Assembly (NCBI RefSeq): GCF_000485595.1
Contig: NW_014577085.1
Location: forward strand, 713,494 to 763,551
Origin: Priapulus caudatus
Taxonomy: Eukaryota
Reading direction: 5' to 3'
Length of the DNA: 50,058 bases
Of the stretch, positions 41,170 to 50,058 are shown piece by piece; position 1 is the first letter of the stretch, and each line of letters starts with the position of its first letter. The notes under the pieces were generated by a model. That model worked only from the letters and a program-made list of their open reading frames with translations, did no database searches and was not told where the DNA came from. Made by a program: the position numbers and the translations under genes.

Positions 41170-44100
41170 GGAAAGTGAGGGAGATAGTATTAGTATACTG
41201 GTGATAGGGGGTGAGTGAGGGGGATAGTACGTTAGTGGGTAGGGTAGGAGTGATAGTACGTTAGTGGTAGGGAGCAGTGAGGGGTGATAGTACGTTAGTG
41301 GTAGGGAGGAGTGAGGGGGGGGATAGCTACTTAGTGGTAGGGAGGAGTGAGGGCGATAGTATGGTAGGTAGGAGTGAGGGGGATAGTACGTTAGTGGTAG
41401 GGAGGAGTGAGGGTGATAGTACGTTAGTGGTAGAGAGAAGTGAAGGGTGATAGTACGTTAGTGGTAGGGAGGAGTGAGGGAGGATAGTACGTTAGTGGTA
41501 GGGAGCAGTGAGGGGTGATAGTACGTTAGTGGTACGGAGAAGTGAGGGGTGATAGTACGTTAGTGGTAGGTAGCAGTGAGGGAGGATAGTACGTTAGTGG
41601 TAGGTAGGAGTGAGGGGGATAGTACGTTAGTGGTAGGGAGGCAGTGAGGGGGATAGTAGCGTTTAAGTGGTAGGTAGGAGTGGAAGGGAGGGATAGTAAT
41701 CGTTAGTGGTAGGAGGAAGTGAGGGATGAGTAGCGATTAGTGTAGGGGAGGAGTGAGGGGATAGTACGTTAGTGGTATGGGAGGAGTGAAGGTGATAGTA
41801 CGTTAAGTGGTAGAGAGAGTGTAGGGAGGATAGTACGTTAGGTGGTGAGAGGAGTGAGAGGATAAGCTAAGCGTAGTGGTAGGAGGAGTGAGGGTGCATA
41901 GTAACGTTAGTGGTAGGGAGGAGTGAGGGAGATATACTTAGTGGTAGGGAGGAGTGAGGGGTGATAGTACGTTAGTGGTAGGGAGGAGTGAGGGGTGATA
42001 GTACGTTAGTGGTTAGGTAAGGAGTGAGGGGGGGATGTAACGTTAGGTGGTAGGGAGAGAGTGAGGAGGAGAATATTACGTTAGTGGTAGGAAGAGGAGT
42101 GAGGGCTGATAGTACCGGTAGTGGTAGGCGAGAGTGAGGAAGTGAAGTAACGTAGTGTAGGTAGGAGTCAGAGGTGATAGTACGTTAGTGTAGAGACGGA
42201 GTGAGGGAGGATAGTACGTTAAGTGGTAGGGAGGAGTGAGGGAGGATAGTACGTAAGTGGTAGGAGAGTGAGGGTGATAGTAACGTTAGTGGTAGGGAGG
42301 GAGTGAAGGGAGATAGTACGGTAGTGGTAGAGAGGAGTGAGGGGGGATAGTACGTTAGTGGTAGGGAGCAGTGAGGGGGGATAGTACGTTACACGATAGT
42401 AGTATATACACGATAGAAATAATATACTAGTGGCTCTATATTTTTATAAGATGATACACATGCCTGATAGGGAGTAGTGTGGGGGTGGCAGTATTTTGAT
42501 GGTAAGGNNNNNNNNNNNNNNNNNNNNNNNNNTATGAGGTGGGGATAGTACGTTGAGTGGTAAGAGGCAGGAGGGAGGATAGATACGTTAGTGGTAGGGA
42601 GGAGTGAGGGGTGATAGGAGCGGTATGTAAAGAGTGAAAGGGGAATGATAGTACGTTAGTGGTAGTAGGAGTGAAGGTGATAGTACTGTTATTGGTAGAG
42701 AGGAGTGAGGGAGAATAGTACGTTCAGTGGTAAGGGAGGAGTAGAGGGAGGATAGTAGCAAGTGGTAGGAAGGAGTAGGGTGCATAGTACGCTTAGTGGT
42801 AGGGAGGATGAGGGAGGATAGTACGTAGTGTAGGGAGGATCGAGGGTGATAGTACGTTAGATGGTAGGAGGAAGTGAGGATAGTATAGTTACGATAGGAG
42901 TGAGGGGGGATAGTAACGTTAAGTGGTAGGGAGGAGTGAGGGAAGGATAGTACCGTTAAGTGTAGGGAGGAGTGAGGAGACAGTACGGTAGTGGTAAGAA
43001 GAGTGAGGGGATAGTAACGTTAGTGGTATGAGAGCAGTGAGGGGGGATAGTACGTTACACGATAGTAGTATATACACGATAGAAATAATATACTAGTGGC
43101 TCTATATTTTTATAAGATGATACACATGCCTGATAGGGAGTAGTGTGGGGGTGGCAGTATTTTGATGTAAGAGGAGTTAGAGGGAATAGTAAATACGCTC
43201 CTTGGAAGTATGTTAGTGGTACGGAGAAGTGAGGGGTGATAGTACGTTAGTGGTAGGGAGACAGTGAAGGGATAGTAACGTTAGTGTAAGTTAGGAGTGA
43301 GGTGGGATAAGTACGTTAGTGGGTAGGGGAGGAATTGAGGGGAATATAGTATTAGTGAGTAGGAAGGATGAGGGATAGTACGTTATGGAGGGAGGAGTTG
43401 AGGGGATAGTAGCGTTAGTGGTAGGGAAGGAGTGAGGGATAGTGATTAGTGTAGGAGGAGTGCAGGGGATAGTACCTAGTGGTAAGCGGAGGAGTGAGGG
43501 GGATACGTACGTTAGTGGTAGGGAGGAGTGAGGGTGATAAGTACGTTAAAGTAGTAGGGAGGAGTGAGGAATGATATGAACGTTAGTTAGGTAGGAGTGA
43601 AGGGATAAGTAACGTTAGTGAGGGAGGAGTGAGAGGGATAGTACGTGTGCTTGGAGGGGGTGAAGGAAAGATTGATAGTACGTAAGTGGTAGGAGGATGA
43701 GGGGGATAGTACGCACAGTGGTAGGATGAGGAGTGAGGGGGAATAATACGTTAGTGTAGGGAGAGTGAGGAATGATAGTGACGTTAGTGGTAGGTTAGGG
43801 AGGAGTGAGGGGGATAGTACGTTAGTGGTAGGGAGGAGTGAGGGGGATAGTACGTTAGTGGTAGGGAGGAGTGAGGGGGATAGTACGTTAGTGGTAGGGA
43901 GGAGTGAGGGGATAGTACGTTAGTGGTAGGGAGGAGTGAGGGGATAGTACGTTAGTGGTAGGTAGGAGTGAGGGGGGATAGTACGTTAGTGGTAGGGAGG
44001 AGTGAAGTGGGAAAGTACGTTAGTGGTAGACAGAAGTGGACTGGGTCTTAAACCCGGCCCGGGCATCCGTCACCTACCCGGTCACCCCATTGTTCATGAA

Positions 44101-44945
44101 TATGTTTAGTAGCGGATCCAGGATTTTAAGGAGGGGGTGGTGAAAAACAGGCGGGCGGTAGGGGGGTCCTCCCACAAAAAATCACGACAATTATCCTTTT
44201 AGTAGAACAATTCTTGCGCTTGCAGCGTGAGTTGTTTTAAGTGACGATTTTCTTTTAAGTCGTCTTACGATTTTTGCTCAAATTAAAATTGTGATAGTAA
44301 TGTTTTATCAATATTTTTTCTTGCTCAAATTAGCATTGTAATGATGCTTAATTTTATTAACAGATTTTTGTGTGTGTTATGTGGAATAGTATTTACTTGT
44401 TTTTCTAATATAGCTAATACCACAGCATTTACTTGTGTTTTGCATTTATTTTACCAATGTCAGTGTTAATCTAGTTATATAAAACAGCTTCGTGTAATCT
44501 GACTATGGTTTAATTGAAGAAAGCACTAATTAAGTGTAGGAAGCTAGCAGCAGCACAACTTACCTCACTCGACCGCTGCCAGTGCGACACTGACTAACAG
44601 ACTGCTGGCTGTTGAGGGCCAGAGGCGTGTTTTCACTGCTCAGCTAAGGCGCGTTCCATTTTAGTTTCAATCTTAGTGCAGCGGCTATGACTTCAGTTTT
44701 TAGTGACATTTTTTGCTGCTGTTTTTTTTTACCCAGCCCACCGGCCCACCGGCCCACCGGCCCACCGGGCATTGCCCAAATGCCCGTATGGCCAGTCCGC
44801 CTCTGGTGGTAGAGAGGAGTGAGGGGGATGGTATTATGGTGGTAGCGAGGAACGAGGGGATATAGTACTCTGGTGGTAGAGAGGAGTGATGGATAGTACT
44901 CTGGTGGTAGGGAGCAGTGAGGAGATAGTACGTTAGTGGTAGGAA
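41170..44945. repeat. ~32-33-bp G-rich minisatellite GGGATAGTACGTTAGTGGTAGGGAGGAGTGAG
   Basis: Long array including an N gap (42508-42532), recurring ~110-bp unique blocks and a hAT insertion. Confidence 0.93.
44031..44805. mobile_element. hAT-type non-autonomous element inserted in the minisatellite
   Basis: CAGAAGTGGACTGG..CCAGTCCGCCTCTG TIRs, exact 8-bp TSD GTGGTAGA (44023-44030, 44806-44813), subterminal (CCCACCGG)n. Confidence 0.88.
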
Positions 44946-45820
44946 GGATCAAGAGGGTTTAGTACATTGTTAGCATGGAAGAGTGGGGTGGGGGGGGGCT
45001 GTGGAGGAGTGGGAGGTAATATGCTGATGGTATGAGGGCGCATGGGGACGGTGCTGCTCGGTCTCGGTGACAGGAGTTCTTTGTTCATCCATCACGAGAG
45101 CAAATGAATTGATTGAGTGGGATGAAGCCAACGACTGCCGCAGCCGCTAATTTGCAGCTATTCTCGGCGCGCATAGCCGTGTAGATCGCACCGTATACGT
45201 GCGACAAATATCTTTCGCCCATTACGCGGTCATGTCGGCTGTAAATACACAACTGCTAGATATTAACGCATCAAACATGGGTTTTTTACTTCGTCGGGGG
45301 GTGGCACGCGCGCTTCAGGGGTGACCCTAGCAGGGTTAGTGCGCAGGGTTGGGGACCGACTCCGTGGTAAGAAAGCTTGGACCGAAATGGGAATAATGGC
45401 GCAACTTTTCATTATGTCACAAACATGCAGCGCCCTAATTGCCCACCAATGCCTAATGACTATGATTGTTGCGTGATCAGATTCTCATGAATCGGCGCAC
45501 GAACCCGCTGCGCTCGCAGCGCTTCCCGTGCGCTGCTGCGCTACGCCATCGATCCGTCTCTGATTGCTAGCCAGTCCCGCTGTAGCGTGCGCATGCGCAG
45601 CCGACGCCACTCCGCGCACGCACAACATGCGATCTGATTGCGAGAACGCCCTCGCAGAGCAAATACTACCGCATCTATACTACAAAGTGCCCTGCTGCGC
45701 GCAGAATTCCATAGCTATAACACAAATACCCTCGCTCGGCGTCGTCCCTTAACCTGCGTGAGGGCGGCGGGAATGTTATAGCCACACACATAAACACACA
45801 CGCGCACACATACACACATA

Positions 45821-45856
<36 letters not shown>

Positions 45857-45857
45857 C

Positions 45858-48800
45858 AAGGGGTGGTCAGATGCACCTCATGAGAGAGGGGTGTTCAGAT
45901 ACACCTCAGGAGGAAGGGTGTTCATATACACCTCCGAGGGGAGGGGCCGAAGTGTACGCTTAGTTACTGTATAACATAGAAGGGGTTGTCTTTATCTTTC
46001 AAGGGGAAGGGTTGCCTTTCAGGAAGGGGGGGGGGCGTACCTCTGTACGTTTCAGAGGAGAGGAATTGTCTGTCTATGTTTCGGAGAGGAGGATGCCTCA
46101 GAGAAGGGGGATCTATACGCCCACCTCCTGGGGACGTGTGGTTGTACAGACTGCAGAGGGAAGGAGAGTCTGCGTATATCGTTAGAGGGAGGGATGCCAT
46201 ATCATGTCATTAGTCAGAAAATGGATCCCGTAGTTCACACAGCTGGTGCGATGCCAGAGAAATCCTATAACATGCGTGACTGCGCTAGGCAATTTACATG
46301 CAGGTCGATTGGCACTCCAACCGTGCGTAACTTGTATAAATCGATGAGATGTCATTGAAAGGAGTTTGTTCATTTACACCTGAAAATCATTGAATATAGC
46401 AGTATACAGGATACATCTGAATAGACACGGTGGTAAGAAACCGCTTTCTTGTCATGCTAAAAAATCTAGTGAACCAAGTCGCATTTAGAAGATTCGAATG
46501 AAGATGAGTAATACAATTACACTGTGATCAAAATTGATGCTGGTAGGAACTAACCATAACCGATGGATTTGGTCGCTCAGCGATGTGAGGCCATGTTGCA
46601 AGCTGCACTCGTTCCATTCACGTTCCCGTATCGTGTGTATTGATGGTGTTTAAATATTGTGGTATCGTGTGTTCCTGAAGCTTAGATGATCGGATCTTGC
46701 TCACACATGACGAATGACAAGAGTGTGGATGGTCACGTCGATGACTTTTCTCTGTCACAGGTACTCACGTAAGATGGCCTGGGACGAGGCAGAGATATGG
46801 TTCGTGCGTGCGTGCGAGGTGGAGCCAGAGAACCTCACAGCTGCCTACATGGCTGTGCATGCCTTCTCCAAGCTAGTAGAGTGTGAGCTGTTGGCACTGA
46901 GCAACGCCCTGTCTGTTAAAACATATATCAAAAAAATGAAACAGCAAGCACAGCAGGTAGGCATATTATAATATATATCTATATATATAAAGTTGTTCAG
47001 CAAAATTTGTGTGTTCGCGCATAACTAGAGAACTCCGCAGCCTAGAGGAAACCTAATGATATTTTCAGAATCAGCACGTCTGGGAGGTGGTTCTGGCTGA
47101 AACAAACATTTTAAAAAGTGAAAAAGTGAAACATTCATAAAAAGCTATTGATTAATAGATGGCGGTCATGTACACGTAAACACAACATCACGCCTGAATC
47201 CATGGTGTATAAACGTGAGGGCGCAGTGAGCTCATCAGTACAACATCCGTCTGCTACACCTGGATTCTGGGTTCGAGTCCCAGCTGGGGAACTTATTTTC
47301 TCCTTTTTTCTTTTCTTTACCTACCTCTTCTAGTACTCGTATGATTTTTTATTTTTTATTTATCTTACAATTTATTAATTTATTTATTTTTTTTTTTTTC
47401 TAAATCTCTATTAATTATTTTTATTTATTAGCTGTTTGGAAATTCGGGATGTCGATGGGAAGGCAGCGGATGGCATGGATTGGGATAGGTATGGGATGGG
47501 ATGCGGTGGCGGATGGGCATGGGATGATTGCGGAATGGATGGATGAAATGCATGGATACCCCGTATAGATGTACGTTAGATTTCCTGTTTTTCGCTTTTT
47601 CCCTTTACCTACCTGCTTTAGTTGATGTATTGATTTTGAAAATTCTTTTGAAATTAATGTTTGAATTATGTAATTTATTTAATTAATTATTTTTTTTGTT
47701 TTATTAATTATTTTTATTTTTATTCGCCCTACTTTTATCTTTTTGATTTCTTATCTATTTTGTTACTGTTTGGCGATGGGGATGGGATGGCATGCGATGG
47801 GGCATGCGATGGGCATGCGATGCATGGCATTGGCATGGCTAATGGGATGGGATGTGGTGCGGTGCCGAAATGGCATGGGATGCGGCATGGCATGAGCATG
47901 GCACTGGAATGTGATGAGATGGGATATGGGATGGGATGCGGTACGATGGGATAGGGATGGGCATGGCAATGTGTAATGGGAATGGATTGGATGCATTGCA
48001 TGGATGAGATAGATAGTTAGGATTTTTTGGGGTATTTTCCTTCAAAAGCGGCTCAAGACAGCTGTAGGTAAGCGCCACTGATTCCGCGCCCATACATATC
48101 ATCACCTGTATATGACAGAGCTATTTTGCTGGTTAGAAGTTTCTCTCAGTGTTGCTCACATCTGACACAGCAACAATGACGACAGTACGTGAGGTAGCTA
48201 GTCAGCCAAAGACGTCAAGGCCTCAATGATCATTTCAGTACAAACTTTTAAGCTCACAGAAATTGTGACAGTATATTGCAAGAAACGGATATGCTGAAAG
48301 TAAATTAGAATGTGACTTTAAGGATCTATTAAAGGTCATAATAATGAACACACTGTGCCCGGGTGAAATAAATTTGAAGCACTGCCAGCAGTCGCTCGTT
48401 CAGGTGAAAGATATTAACTGACAGTGGTCTCTAATATTGGAAAATGAGAACGCATTCGCTTTTTCGTGTAGTAATGAGATTATTTGTCGTCTCTTGGCCT
48501 GTCTAGGAGTAACCTTGAACGACCAAACGCAACGCACGTTAGTGTGTACTCATGTCAGCCGGCGGCTCACTAAGTAGAATCAAGTTTGACACTTTATTTA
48601 GTATTAGTTATAGCGAGTTAAGCGCAAGCAGTGAAATCTGTGGCCAGGCTGTCAAGAAACTCGGCAAAAGCGGTCAAGTTTTCCCCCGTGATCTGCCACG
48701 GAGGCTACTTCCACGCTGAAAGGCGTACCTGAGCCTTGCTGCCGTGGAGACCAGACAGGTGCCCGCAACAGCTTAGGAGAAAGCAACCTGGCCCTCTCGC

Positions 48801-50058
48801 ATTCGAATTAGGTAAGCTCTCTGCTTGTTGTCATTGTTAATCGTGTTGGCTTAATATTATCAGTGAGTGAGATATTGAACTAGCTGTGCTGGTAGTTGCA
48901 AACTTCATTGTAACTGAGGCGCTGAGAGTCTCTGGTCTCCCAGGGTACTGCTCGGTAACGTACCCTGGTACCATCTAATATGCAGCGACCGTAGCCTTGA
49001 CGATCTACCACTTAACCGAAGAATCTTAGGGGAGTCCGCCGCTACGCCTACTCCGCTAACCCTAAACCCATAACCATATCAGATAGTTACGCTAGGGTAC
49101 ATTCCGGTATACACTCGGCACCGTAAGCCAGGGTACGTTCCGTGCCGTAACCTCTGGGGGATCATAGACGGCCTATGAGCGTAACCTGAGTTTCCAGTGA
49201 AGTATACGAATCTATGCTGCACATAACACGGCGTAACACCCAATAGGCAACGCGTGTAATATTTATAGCACTGATGCACCGTGCAAAATCAGTGCAGCCT
49301 GTCTAAATAGCGGTATCCGCACAATGTAGTGAGTTTTTTTTCATTCGAGGTTTCACCAAGACACCATGGATCTTCTTATTGCAGCCCGGTAATGAAAGAT
49401 CACGATAATTTACTCATCGTGTACCGGATGCATTATCATGGGTAGATCACAGCTAAAAGCGCTTAAACTTTAACCACTGCGGGCTTGATGTCGGAAGAAG
49501 AGCTGGGCTCGTGTGGTATGAGTATCATGTATCGGATCAACGAGCTAAACCTGCTAAAGCCTCACTACTAGGGCTGGTGATTGGAAGAACGATGATGGGT
49601 GGGGCAGCAGCAGTCAGGACGTGTGTTTCGATGACAGCTGCGAAGCCTGGAAGTCGCCTTGCTTCTGGCTGACGGCACGCCCACAGCTAACACGATCATG
49701 CACTGGGACGAGATATCGGAGATGATGGGAAGCGACATTCAAATTTCTCTTCCCGACGTTCCACGAACAGGGTCGCCCGACGCTAATCCGACGGAGCAAC
49801 AGGGGAGGCGGGAAAATGACGACGACATCGGCTGCTAGATATGCACAGCACATGCTACTCGCACGATAGACAAGAGTAGTCATCATTTAATGGCCGTGGT
49901 GTTTGTTACGTAGCGGCCCTTTCTCTAGTAAGGTTCTCTTTGAGAGGGTTTTTAATTTCATGAGAGCTGGTGTCATGACTGGTCGCTAAGATTTTTAATG
50001 TGCTGTCAAATGTGTTTTTTTTGTATTATCTGTCCTTGAATTTTCACCGATATCTCTA
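45858..50058 (+). pseudogene. ADCY10: indel-rich duplicate of the sAC 3' end (last three exons, introns, 3'UTR); probably redundant assembly sequence
   Basis: 45858-47265 is the reverse complement of ~31409-32786; ~47690-50058 is colinear with ~32950-35030; exon copies at ~48648-48811 and ~49571-49880 are frameshifted by scattered insertions. Confidence 0.85.
46761..46956 (+). CDS. ADCY10: intact copy of the sAC exon missing between 30504 and 33771 (WYSRKMAWDEAEIWF..KLVECELL..QAQQ)
   Basis: acag|G acceptor (phase 2) and CAG|gtaggc donor (phase 0) bridge those two exons exactly. Confidence 0.85.

Noticed and set aside
41048..44030. CRISPR-like array (~32-bp repeats)
   Set aside because: Repeats are head-to-tail without unique spacers, there are no cas genes, and the context is eukaryotic
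45858..50058. Functional tandem ADCY10 paralogue
   Set aside because: Only the 3' exons are present, two are frameshifted, and the divergence pattern resembles sequencing error

Overview
Eukaryotic (animal, probably marine invertebrate; taxon not determinable here) genomic window dominated by one large + strand spliced gene encoding a soluble adenylyl cyclase (ADCY10/sAC-like). About 34 exons were traced by hand from 2349 to the stop at 34869, giving roughly 1,800 aa: cyclase C1 + C2, a STAND P-loop NTPase and a helical C-terminus. Two exons are damaged in this assembly. One is garbled by indels (~21734-22095). The other lies in a block that is inverted next to an N gap (31409-32935), and its intact, correctly oriented copy is at 46761-46956, inside an indel-rich duplicate of the gene's 3' end (45858-50058). 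Introns and the downstream region hold many non-autonomous DNA transposons (three Helentron/HINE-like copies; hAT-, Harbinger-, Mutator-, Kolobok- and pogo-like MITEs with identifiable TSDs), tiny palindromes, mini/microsatellites and stretches of apparently unpolished long-read sequence. No prokaryotic features or CRISPR arrays, and no clearly novel system. The best leads concern sAC regulation and the small foldback elements.
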